DNA from: Eledone cirrhosa
Lineage: Eukaryota
Assembly (NCBI GenBank): GCA_964016885.1
Contig: CAXHJY010000844.1
Span: forward strand, 1 to 38,462
Reading direction: 5' to 3'
Length of the DNA stretch: 38,462 bases
Position numbers and translations under genes: made by a program. Below, in pieces: positions 24,254-38,462 of this stretch (the stretch's first letter is position 1; each line of letters opens with the position of its first letter). Below the pieces are notes generated by a model. It was given only the letters and a program-made list of their open reading frames with translations. It was not told the DNA's origin and did not search any database.

Positions 24254-26181
24254 TTCAAAACTAGATACAATTCGCACCTCCACTCTTTCAAATAACACAG
24301 TCTAGCCAACTCCACTTCACTATCTAGCTACATACACTATCTAAAAACTAAAAATAAAATATATACACTTAAATGGGAAGTGGTAGGTAGTGCAACATCG
24401 TACAAACCACCTGATAAATTTTGTAACCTCTGTCTACTAGAGACCCATACTATCATCTTCTCTAAACATAATCTCCTTAATAAAAAATCAGAAGTGTTCG
24501 CAAATTGCCAACACCGCTTCCGACACTCGTTCCAAAACTTTAAACCCTATATATAATAATGTCAGACTGGAACCGGCACCACCCCTAGCAATTAACATCA
24601 GTAGCACACCTTACACCTCACATCCACACCCATCTCTATACTCTAAAGATAATACTGACAGCTTTTTAGTGCCACCTACCCTGGGAATACCCCCTTGTAC
24701 CTCTAATACTGATATCTCGACCGTGGACTACTTATTCTGCATTGCACAAATATAAGATTAGTATAAATTGGGGACACGGTACTGGTTGCGATAGCATAGT
24801 CCTGTGCATGGATTACCACCAAGAGATAGATTGATGATTAGATAGATAATCGTATTGTTAAGTGATTATATACTGTAAGCGATCAGTTCATTGAATTATG
24901 CACGTAATCATCTTGATGTGGACTCCTTTAATACCTATTAATAGACTCCACTCTAGCTTGGAGATGTGATACATAATTGATTTATATTTGAGACGGGGGT
25001 TGCCTATTGCTTGATGGCCAGACTAGTGCATTTATATGAGAGATCGGATCTCCGGACCATACCGATGATTTACTGGAGATGCAGGCAAGCAATGACCCGG
25101 AGCCTACCGGGTGACATATAATAGTGGGACCATACCAGGTCCTACTGTTATATTACATTTGCATGGAGCAGTGACTTGAGAGTCTGACTCCTCTTATAGA
25201 ACGTTCAGATATGACACCCCTTAATTAATGGCTGGTAATCATCCTAATATATACACCCTTGTACTTCTTAATGGACAACTCTCTAACCTATAAATGGGTA
25301 ACATACTCTAGATATTAGTTATAACTTCACATGATAGGCACGTATTTGAATCACCATTAATGTAGTTTAGCATAGTAATGTAACTAAGATAACTAGCTAG
25401 TTACCTCCCCTTACGCAGTAATTCCCCTTAGTCATTCAGGCACTTCCGGAATCTGGACAGCATGATATATTAATTAAGAACCGACTGGATATGGTTTATA
25501 GCTTGACTATATGCTGAACCACTGCGAATTACACGATAGACGCGTGTTCTCTATATATATATTGCGTCTCATGGATTATGTGAGTGGTGGTGTGAGCAAG
25601 GACAGTGGTACGACCTTGCCTATGATACAATAAGGTTTATAGTATGTTGATGGTTTTTGATATTTTGGTGTTTCCCCGCATCCGAGACTGTATATCATAC
25701 AGATGTATGAGAATAAATGACTTAATAATTCAGCCTATATAATAAGATCGATTGCCTGCTTCAACTGCCTGACCCTGCAAATATCATTCTGACGCACTCT
25801 AATCATGTATAGATAAGACACGCGTGCATGCTACACGGGAGATTGTTTCATACACTGACTACTCTAAGCTTTCCTCTTGCTTTATCTTCATAGACTGCCA
25901 ACGCTTCATGTTTATCTTTATTTTCACTCTTATTTTCACTCTTGTTTTTATTTTATTTTATTTTTATCCTGTAACCTTTATATGTAAATTGCCATGCTAT
26001 ATCATTTGATGAATGTCACCCCACTGTTGATCAATATGCGCATATGTTTTATGTGTCTCTTGGGTTGAAAATGAGGTCAAGTATGTTATAAATAGTTGCT
26101 CCGAAGAATCCAAACCTCGGTTTGGAGGAAACAATTGTAAGCAAATAAATGACTTAAACTGAACTTTGATTACTGTAATCT
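24254..26181 (+). mobile_element. Penelope-like element 3: 5'-truncated 3' fragment (EN C-terminus, 1.6 kb 3' UTR, hammerhead)
   Basis: 24254-24556 translates [30 protein letters not shown]...LKWEVV...CNLCLLE...LLNKKSEVFANCQHR...FKPYI* (one internal stop, not in the ORF track), homologous to the PLE1/PLE2 EN. It ends just after a hammerhead, in (TA)n. Confidence 0.85.
26096..26144 (+). ncRNA. Variant minimal type I hammerhead ribozyme (CCGAAGA core)
   Basis: TTGCT-CCGAAGA-A-TCCAAAC-CTCG-GTTTGGA-G-GAAA-CAATTG-TA-AGCAA. 5-bp stem I, 7-bp stem II, palindromic stem III, GUA site (after 26139). Confidence 0.8.
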
Positions 26182-26187
26182 CTATAT

Positions 26188-26231
<44 letters not shown>

Positions 26232-26339
26232 CATATATATAATGTATATATATATATACATACATATATATAATGTATATATATATATATACATACATAT
26301 ATATATATAATATATATATATATATACATACATATATAT

Positions 26340-26393
<54 letters not shown>

Positions 26394-26701
26394 GCATATA
26401 TATATATATACATATATATAATATATATATACATATACATATATACATATATATAATATATATATACATATACATAATATATATATACATATATATAATA
26501 TATATATACATATATATAATATATATATACATATATATAATATATATATACATATATACATATATATAATATATATATACATATATATAATATATACATA
26601 CATATATATATATATAATATATATATACATATATATAATATATATACATATATATACATATATATACATATATATACATATGTATATATACATATATATA
26701 G

Positions 26702-26735
<34 letters not shown>

Positions 26736-26746
26736 CATATATATAA

Positions 26747-26931
26747 TTGTTTCTACTTTAGGCACAAGGCCAGCAATTACCCAGTGCATTACTGGTACTT
26801 TATTTTATCGACCCCGTAAGGATGAAAGGCAAAGTCAACCTCGGCGGGATTTGAACTCAGATCATAAAGGGACGTAACTATGCTGGAAAGCATGGCATCC
26901 AACCCTCTACCAATACTGCCAATCCACCACC
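26747..26931 (-). mobile_element. tRNA-derived SINE with Meta/MESC-like central domain
   Basis: Minus strand starts GGTGGTGGATTGGCAGTATTGG (A box), has GAGTTCAAATC (B box), then GCCTTTCATCCTT...GGTCGATAAAATAAAGTACCAG. Confidence 0.85.
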
Positions 26932-26998
26932 TAATATATATATATTATATATACATATATATAATATATATACATATATATATATATACATATATATA

Positions 26999-27039
<41 letters not shown>

Positions 27040-27218
27040 TATATACATATATATAATATATATACATATATATATAATATATATATATACATATATATAA
27101 TATATATACATATATACATATATATAATATATATACATATATACATATATATAATATATATACATATATATAATATATATACATATATATAATATATATA
27201 CATATATATAATATATAT

Positions 27219-27437
27219 TCTAGTCGATCGACTTTCGTCAAATCGGACCGAGGAAACTATGTTTCCGTTGGTCTTTCCAATTGCTAATACTATCTATCGG
27301 TCGCAACTCCAGGTAGAAGGAGCAACGTGAAATAAAGTGTCTTGCTCAAGGACATAACGCATCGCCTGGTTCAGGAATCGAACTCACAACCTCACGATTG
27401 TGAATCCAATACTCTAACCACTCAGCCACACGCCTTC
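27219..27437 (-). mobile_element. Second tRNA-derived SINE family (CORE-like)
   Basis: Minus strand GAAGGCGTGTGGCTGAGTGGTTAGAG (A box), GAGTTCGATTCC (B box), then TGTCCTTGAGCAAGACACTT. The 3' boundary is approximate. Confidence 0.8.
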
Positions 27438-27474
27438 ACTAATAATATATACTGTATTTTAAAATAATAATATA

Positions 27475-28318
27475 AAACTGTATTTTATCATGAGTTAAAG
27501 GTCTATAGATTTTTCCCTGGATTTTACTAAATTCTGTGGATGAATTTATATCCTGATTCTCTTTTGAGATGAGTTTGAGTTATTTTTCCTAAATCTTTCG
27601 TTAACTACTTTTCCCATCTTGACGTTATAGTTGCATATATGTTATAGAATGCCGTTAGCTTCTTGCTAAAACAATCTCTATACCTCTCATTTATATTTAT
27701 ACTCGGATTCTTTTCCTAGAGTGCTTAAACTATCTGTGACTAATCCCGGTTTTTTTCATAAAAACTGTGATAATTATTGCTATTTTGCTGAACTCCTTTG
27801 TAGAGTTTTTTTCAGAATGTATTTGACTGCTATTTCTTGTAAATAAACATTCACTTCCATCCTGACGTCACTAGCCCCGTTTTTTCCTCATGTGCTTTTT
27901 CATAAATACACATGAAGGCGAACTAGCCAGTTTTAGAATTCCCTTTTTCGGATTATACTACTGTGAGAGCCCTGGTTTCTGTTGAGCTCTGCTGATGAAT
28001 GAAATCCAACCGTGACCATCTCCACTGAAAGTTTTCATGAAATAGTCTTTTAAGACTATACAGAGCATTTGATGTTATTCCAAATTGAAGGATAAGTGTT
28101 TCAAACTGTATTTTATCATGAGTTAAAGGTCTATAGATTTTTCCCTGGATTTTACTAAATTCTGTGGATGAATTTATATCCTGATTCTCTTTTGAGATGA
28201 GTTTGAGTTATTTTTCCTAAATCTTTCGTTAACTACTTTTCCCATCTTGACGTTATAGTTGCATATATGTTATAGAATGCCGTTAGCTTCTTGCTAAAAC
28301 AATCTCTATACCTCTCAT

Positions 28319-28323
<5 letters not shown>
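27475..28323 (+). repeat. 221-bp direct repeat (27475-27695 and 28103-28323)
   Basis: No mismatch found by eye; offset 628. Confidence 0.9.
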
Positions 28324-28358
<35 letters not shown>

Positions 28359-28791
28359 TATAATATATATATATATACATATATATATATAATATATATA
28401 CATATATATATAATATATATATATATATATACATATATATAATATATATATATATACATATATATATATAATATATATACATATATATATAATATATACA
28501 TATATATATAATATATATACATATACATATATATAATATATATACATATATATATAATATATACATATATATATAATATATATACATATATATATATAAT
28601 ATATATACATATATATAATATATATATATATATACATATATATAATATATATACATATATATAATATATATACATATATATAGTATATATATATATACAT
28701 ATATATAATATATATATATATAATATATATACATATATATAATATATATATATATACATATATATAATATATATATATATAATATATATAC

Positions 28792-28823
<32 letters not shown>

Positions 28824-28886
28824 ATATATATACATATATATACATATATATACATATATATACATATGTATATATACATATATATA

Positions 28887-28919
<33 letters not shown>

Positions 28920-28930
28920 CATATATATAA

Positions 28931-29115
28931 TTGTTTCTACTTTAGGCACAAGGCCAGCAATTACCCAGTGCATTACTGGTACTTTATTTTATCGACCCCA
29001 TAAGGATGAAAGGCAAAGTCAACCTCGGCGGGATTTGAACTCAGATCATAAAGGGACGTAACTATGCTGGAAAGCATGGCGTCCAACCCTCTACCAATAC
29101 TGCCAATCCACCACC
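28931..29115 (-). mobile_element. Duplicate of the SINE at 26747-26931, copied with its microsatellite flanks
   Basis: Offset 2184; two visible substitutions (CCCGT/CCCAT, GGCAT/GGCGT). Confidence 0.88.
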
Positions 29116-29182
29116 TAATATATATATATTATATATACATATATATAATATATATACATATATATATATATACATATATATA

Positions 29183-29235
<53 letters not shown>

Positions 29236-29430
29236 TATATACATATATATAATATATATACATATATATATAATATATATATATATATACATATATATAT
29301 AATATATATACATATATACATATATATAATATATATACATATATACATATATATAATATATATACATATATATAATATATATACATATATATAATATATA
29401 TACATATATATAATATATATATATATATAC

Positions 29431-29462
<32 letters not shown>

Positions 29463-29901
29463 CATATATATAATATATATATATATACATATATATATAT
29501 AATATATATACATATATATATAATATATATATATATATACATATATATAATATACATATATATACATATATATATATAATATATATACATATATATATAA
29601 TATATACATATATATATAATATATATACATATACATATATATAATATATATACATATATATATAATATATACATATATATATATTATATATACATATATA
29701 TATATAATATATATACATATATATAATATATATATATATATACATATATATAATATATATACATATATATAATATATATACATATATATAGTATATATAT
29801 ATATACATATATATAATATATATATATATATAATATATATACATATATATAATATATATATATATACATATATATAATATATATATATATAATATATATA
29901 C

Positions 29902-29933
<32 letters not shown>

Positions 29934-29953
29934 ATATATATACATATATATAA

Positions 29954-29987
<34 letters not shown>

Positions 29988-30053
29988 CATATATATATAA
30001 TATATATACATATATATAATATATATATATATATAATATATATACATATATAT

Positions 30054-30087
<34 letters not shown>

Positions 30088-30145
30088 CATATATATATAT
30101 ACATATATATAATATATATATACATATATATACATATATATAATA

Positions 30146-30195
<50 letters not shown>

Positions 30196-30479
30196 CATAT
30201 ATATAATATATATATATATATATAATATATATATATATACATATATATATATACATATATATAATATATATGTATATATATACATATATATATATACATA
30301 TATATAATATATATATATATATATATACATATATATAATATATATATATATATACATATATATATACATATATATATACATATATATAATATATATATAT
30401 ATATATACATATATATAATATATATATATATATATACATATATAGTTAAAAGAATAGAGGTGTAACACACAAGTTATTA

Positions 30480-31036
30480 TATATTGGTAAACGGAATAGA
30501 AAATGCTGACAAATTGTTCACAGTTGAAAAATGGTTTAATTAGGAATAAAAGAGTATTAGTGATTGTATGGGTTAGTATTCAGTTGTGGTTTTAAGTTTT
30601 TAAGTTTTTACCTGTTGCGCATTTCTAAATGCTTTTCAAAAATAATTTTGAGATAGAGTGTCCGTGCTGTTTGCTCTGATCTGATTAGTTTAGGGAATTC
30701 TACCTGTTTTTATGTTAAAAAAGTGGCTCCAGCGTTATTTTTGTGTTGCAAAAATGCTTGTGGTCAAAACAATTTTGATTGGTCGGTAGAGGTCATGTGA
30801 ATGTAAAAAGTTGATTTTGCGCCAAGACTGTTTTTATGTTAAAAAAGTAGCTCCAGCAAAAATTCTTGGTCAAAACAATTTTGATTGGTCGGTAGAGGTC
30901 ATGTGGATAAAAAATTGGTTTTGCGCCAAGATTGAGAAATGACTCTTTCACAACAAATATGTGTGTGTGTGTGTGTATGTGTGCGTGTGTGTGCGTGTAT
31001 ATGTGTGTGTGTGTGTAGTAGTAGTAGTAGTAAGGT
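30480..31036. repeat. Left arm of long inverted repeat (two 106-bp-type units, (TG)n, (TAG)n)
   Basis: Reverse complement of 35115-35805, apart from one fewer 106-bp unit and microsatellite variation. Confidence 0.92.
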
Positions 31037-31090
31037 GTTCGATGCTGCGACAATGGCCAGCTGTGATGTGTGTCAAATGGCTATTAAGAT

Positions 31091-31133
<43 letters not shown>

Positions 31134-31647
31134 GCAGAGTAATTCGATGGTCAGTAAGAATGTGTCTGAAGCAATGGGGGGTATTTTAGCATGTCAAAAG
31201 ATATTTTTCAGCTTTTGTCTTATACGGAGACGTGCGCGTGTGTGTGTGTGTGTATAAGTCTCTTTGTATGTTGATGTACGCGTGTGTATGTGTTTGTGTA
31301 TATATGTGTGTGTATGTGTGTGTGTGTGTGTGGGTGGACCAGTATTTTTTCCCCCTGGTCAAATGGTGTACATTATTCGATTTTTTCAGTAAAATCGGTT
31401 CTCTTAATAGAACATCAAAAATCTTAACAATAAAAGGTGTGAAATGATATTCACTATATATATATACACATACATATATTCACTACATATATATATATAT
31501 ATACATATATACATATATATGCACATATATTTTTTTGTATTGCACCATAGAGCATGTGTGTTTACGTGTGTCATTGTGTTTATATGTGGGTAGAGATGTG
31601 TGCTGATGTAGGTATGTATGTTGACGTGTGTATGTTGTGGGTTCGTC

Positions 31648-33951
31648 TTAGGGAGAAGTGTTTAGACGGGATCCGTATTTGTTAATGAAGTAAGATTCCT
31701 TGCTGATGCGCTGGGTGTGGGTGGCATTATCTTTAAATTTGTAGAGGGGAAAGATTCTGAAGTTGGGATGATTTTGGGCGGCACAGGTATCAATGTGTTC
31801 ACTCAGTGGTATTTTCCTGTATTCCCGTATTTTAATTTGGGATCTATGGACAGTCATGCGTTGGCGGAGGCTGTTTTTGGTCTGGCCTATGTATTGTTCT
31901 CGACAACCTGAACAATTTAATACATATATTAGATTTTCCGATGCACATGTGAAATTGTGTTTTACTATAAAACGTTGTCCATCTTTGAAATAGAATTCCG
32001 AACCCTCTATTAGGTTGATGCAAATGCCACAGTTGGGTCTATCGCATTTTTTTACTGTGGGTTTCGTTGTTGTGGTTGGCAGTACTTTGGCATGTGTTAA
32101 GATGTTTTTCATTAACTTGGATTGTCTTTTGCTCTTTATGATATCGTGTGTTCGTAGAATTTGGTTCATTCTATGGTCCTTTTTCAATACAGGGATGTTC
32201 TGGAGGATGGTGTCAAAGGCCTCATTGTTGAGGGGGTTGTGTGTGGAGATGTATGGAAGAGCTTTTAGTTTTGGTTGATTTACTTTAGGGTGTCTAAGGT
32301 CCTGGGTACTGAGTTTTAGGGCACGTTGGATTCCATTGTCAATTAGTGATGCAGGGTAGTCCCTGCCTATGAGTGTGTCCTTTAGTTCTTGTAGCCGTAA
32401 GTAGCAGATGTTTTTATTGGAGACTATAGTACAGATTCTCTTGGCTAAGTTGTAGGGAATATTAATTTTAACGTGTCTAGGGTGGCAAGAGTTGAAGGGG
32501 AGATATTGCTTGGAGTCTGTGGGCTTGTAGTATATGTCTGTTTCTATTTTTTTGTTATGGATCTTAATGAGGATGTCGAGGAAGGGGAGTTGTTGATGGC
32601 TGTATTCCATCGTGAAGTTAATATTTGTGTTGAGCCCATTTATAAGGGTGTGAAATTCTTTAAGTTTTTCGATGTTTTCGTGCCAAAGGATGAAGCAGTC
32701 ATCTAGATATCGCTTCCAGTTCCTTTCAATGTGTAAGTGGAGGGTGTTTCCAAATTTGTTTAGGACTTTAGTGTAGAGGGTGATTTCCAGGTATCCCATG
32801 ACTAGGGGCTGTTTTCGTTCCCATAGCGGTCCCAGATTTCTGTCTGTAAGGTTTGTTATTGAAAACGAAGTAATTGTTCTCCAAGATAAATTTGAGTCCC
32901 TCTATCACAAATTCTTTTTTGATGCGTTGTGGGAGTTCATTGTGGAAATTATCCAGCCAGAATTGGATAGCTTCTATTCCTAGGTTGTGGGGGATGTTGG
33001 AGTATAGGTTGACTACATCGAACGTCACTAGTAGGGTTTGTTCAGAAAGTGGCATATTAGGGAGGTGATTGAGCATATCTAGGTCGTCCCTTATATAGCT
33101 TTTGATGTGCTTGAGGAAGGGTTTGAGAAGGGTATCAATGAAGTTGCTAAGACGGTGCGTTTCGCAAGCGGGGCCTGCTATTATAGGTCTTAATTTGAGA
33201 TCATTGGGTGAGGGGACATTGATGACTATGTCTGTGGCTTCCTTGCATGCCTTACTGATTGATTCGCTTTTATGTACTTTAGGGATACCGTAGAAAAGGC
33301 TGGATTTACTTGTGAAGTCTGTGATGAAGCTGAATTCCTTGTTAGTGAGTCCTTCTTTGTATTGGTTGATTAGAGTTTTTAGGTTTCTCATAATTTTCTG
33401 TTGATTGTAGTGTTCAGCCTTTTCGTAGTATGTTTCGTTTTCCAAAGTGGAGAGCGCTAAGTTGATATAGAATTCTGTCTCCATTAGGACTACTGTACTC
33501 CCTTTATCAGCCTCTTTAATTGTAATGGTTCTGTCGGTTTTAATCTATTTAATTCTTCCCATTCTTTCTTGTTGAGGTTTGGCTTGTGTTTTTGTCTGTG
33601 CAAGTGTTGGTAAGGGAAGTTTGTGATGTGTTCACAGAATTCATCCAGGATTTTATTTCTACCTTTTGAAGGGGTGTAATTGCTTCTATTTCTGGCTAAT
33701 GATTCATCCTCATTGTATTGGTCGAATAGTTGTTCACTAAGTCGTAACTTTCTACAGAAGTCTGTGATGTCTTCCTTCATTTCATAGTAGTTAGGACGTA
33801 GTGGGGTCAGTGTGAATTTAAGACCTTTGGAGAGTAAGCTGATAAGGTTGGGTGTTGGTTCTACACTAGTAAGATTGATAATTTTTATTACTATCGGTTT
33901 CTCCTCCCTGTCTTGTGTTATTTTGTTTGCCTGTATCTGTGTGCTGTGTCT
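31648..33951 (-). pseudogene. PLE4 RT + Cys linker + GIY-YIG ORF, broken by a 1-nt loss (about 33540) and a small deletion (about 32805)
   Basis: IINLTS...LLSKGLKF, IKEADKG, FYGIPKVHK, LRPII, FDVVNLY, GTAMG, RYLDD, LPFLD, CDRPNCGIC (Neptune-type linker), LIYVLNCSGC..YIGQT...R..H...H. The expected YATLV-like stretch between APS and MGYLE is missing. Confidence 0.92.
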
Positions 33952-35120
33952 AAAAAATGGTTGGGGTAGAGGGGTTGTCTGCTGATGTTGAGTGGTCTCC
34001 TGTGTTTGTTATATTCCTTGTTGTTGTAAAATGTGGTTCGGGTTGGTGGTTGTAGATTGAATGGGGTGTTCCTGTACTGAGAGTATGGGTGTGTGTTTCT
34101 ATGTGCCATGTTGTATTGTGGTGTTATAAGTGGCCTACGTTGTTGGTTGTATCGTGTGGTGTGGGTTTGTTGTGTATTGTGGAAGTGAGAGTTGAGAAAA
34201 TGGTAATTACCTTGCTGTCCCCTTGAAGCGGGGAAGTTGTTGCATCTATCATGGCGGTGGTATCTTTTCCCTATGTTTGACGATGAGGAATCCGCGTAGT
34301 AGTTGAGTGATTTGGTATGGTGTCTCCTTGAAGGGGGAAAGTTGTAAATGTCATTCTGGGGGAGATGATTTCTTGGGTTTTTGTTCCTTCTTATGGTAGC
34401 GAGGTTGGGAAGTTCATCTTCGGTGTGGTGCTTCCTTCTTCGTTTGTTTGAGGCTTGGGGGTTTGAGAAGTTGTTGTGCGGTTCAGTTAGGGGTTTTCCT
34501 ATTTTTATGAACGGGTTATTGGAGGTGTAATCCGTTTGAACGGGTTATTGGAGGTGTAATCCGTTTGAAAATAGTGTAGGAACCAAGCGGCACTTTTTTC
34601 CCAGCGTTGAAGGGATTTCAGTTCTTCTCTGTTGCAGTCCCCTTTCCATAATTTGGAGATCTTCTCTACCTTGGGGCCATCAGTTTTGTTGTTGATTTCC
34701 AGGAGGATCTCTTCATCGATGGTTTTGATTTTTTCCTCATTTGTCTGGGCCCTCAGTTTAAGAAGTTCAATTTCTGTCTTCATTTTTTCCAATGCCATTC
34801 TTTCCCTAAGGTGTCTTTGAGGTTCGGGTTCATTTGGAATGGACTTTATTTGTAGTTTACGGGGGAGAGTTAGAGGGGTTGAGTTAAGCCATTTTTCATA
34901 TATCTCTGCTTTGTTGTGATTTTGTATCATCTTCCAGAATGAGAACTTTCTGTCTCTGGGGGATTTGTTCGATTTTGGAATTGTTCGAATTTTCATTTTG
35001 GGTGAATCAATCTCACATGGTTCTTCGTTGGTTTTTCCTGGGTTGGTAGTAGTGAACATAGTTTGGATAGTATCGCAAAGGTTTTGGAGTTTGTCGCCGA
35101 TTTCGGAGGGTTTGACCTTA
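33918..35120 (-). pseudogene. PLE4 upstream ORF1 (about 390 aa when reconstructed; coiled-coil-like middle, basic/N-H-R-rich low-complexity tail), 5'-truncated
   Basis: Track ORFs 34505-35218 and 33918-34109 join into one stop-free frame when one copy of the 29-bp tandem duplication at about 34508-34568 is removed. Confidence 0.78.
33951..33957 (-). other. Candidate -1 ribosomal frameshift heptamer T TTT TTA (alternatively a TTTTTTAG splice acceptor)
   Basis: In ORF1 phase caT TTT TTA gac. The -1 frame from 33951 is open for 57 codons to the Met at 33780 and contains conserved RT N-terminal motifs. Confidence 0.6.
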
Positions 35121-35139
35121 CTACTACTACTACTACACA

Positions 35140-35222
<83 letters not shown>

Positions 35223-35805
35223 TTGTTGTGAAAGAGTCATTTCTCAATCTTGGCGCAAAACCAATTTTTTATCCACATGACCTCTACCGACCAATCAAAA
35301 TTATTTTGACCAAGAATTTTTGCTGGAGCTACTTTTTTAACATAAAAACAGTCTTGGCGCAAAATCAACTTTTTACATTCACATGACCTCTACCGACCAA
35401 TCAAAATTATTTTGACCAAGAATTTTTGCTGGAGCCACTTTTTTAACATAAAAACAGTCTTGGCGCAAAATCAACTTTTTACATTCACATGACCTCTACC
35501 GACCAATCAAAATTGTTTTGACCACAAGCATTTTTGCAACACAAAAATAACGCTGGAGCCACTTTTTTAACATAAAAACAGGTAGAATTCCCTAAACTAA
35601 TCAGATCAGAGCAAACAGCACGGACACTCTATCTCAAAATTATTTTTGAAAAGCATTTAGAAATGCGCAACAGGTAAAAACTTAAAAACTTAAAACCACA
35701 ACTGAATACTAACCCATACAATCACTAATACTCTTTTATTCCTAATTAAACCATTTTTCAACTGTGAACAATTTGTCAGCATTTTCTATTCCGTTTACCA
35801 ATATA
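35115..35805. repeat. Right arm of long inverted repeat with three 106-bp tandem units
   Basis: CACATGACCTCTACCGACCAATC recurs at 35274, 35380 and 35486. Confidence 0.92.

Positions 35806-38462
<2,657 letters not shown>

Larger units (their letters stand above)
30445..35805 (-). mobile_element. Neptune-like Penelope-like element 4 with inverted 5' pseudo-LTR
   Basis: Minus-strand coding region 35120-31648. Its 3' end (30480-31036) is repeated in inverted form at 35115-35805, and the 3' copy has a short extra tail (about 30445-30479). Confidence 0.88.

Noticed and set aside
27365-27437. tRNA gene on the minus strand
   Set aside because: A and B boxes are present, but the sequence continues into a SINE body and the acceptor stem is not convincing.
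27993-28005. CTGATGAATGAAA as a hammerhead core
   Set aside because: Only 2 nt lie between the two core boxes, so there is no stem II, and stems I/III are not convincing.
15656-33293. Short antisense ORFs overlapping the RT genes
   Set aside because: They are shadow frames of the retroelement coding sequences with no independent motifs.
35230-35580. 106-bp repeats as a CRISPR-like array
   Set aside because: The units are contiguous near-identical tandem copies without unique spacers; eukaryotic context, no cas genes.

Overview
AT-rich eukaryotic repeat DNA with no supportable host gene. The SINE/LINE motifs and very long (TA)n-type arrays suggest a mollusc, probably a cephalopod such as octopus (inference only). 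The window is a nest of retroelements set in long compound microsatellite arrays. At least four, possibly five, Penelope-like elements (PLEs) are present: (1) a damaged copy with an inverted 5' pseudo-LTR (4508-8300); (2) a copy with an uninterrupted RT + GIY-YIG ORF between two direct pseudo-LTRs, each holding about 2 kb of compound microsatellite and a hammerhead ribozyme (about 12370-20836); (3) a 3' fragment with a variant hammerhead (24254-26181); (4) a Neptune-like copy on the minus strand with long inverted flanks (30445-35805); and (5) a possible small remnant (2469-2871). Also present are RTE and CR1-type LINE fragments, tRNA-derived SINEs, a non-autonomous Helitron, a 213-bp-TIR foldback element with a nested mini hAT MITE, and local duplications. 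Two observations stand out. The Neptune-like PLE has a separate upstream coiled-coil/basic ORF1 that overlaps an ATG-less RT frame exactly at a U_UUU_UUA -1 slippery heptamer. The intact PLE carries microsatellite arrays as cargo inside a ribozyme-delimited 5285-nt unit. The many poly-IY/VC/TH ORFs in the track are microsatellite artefacts.
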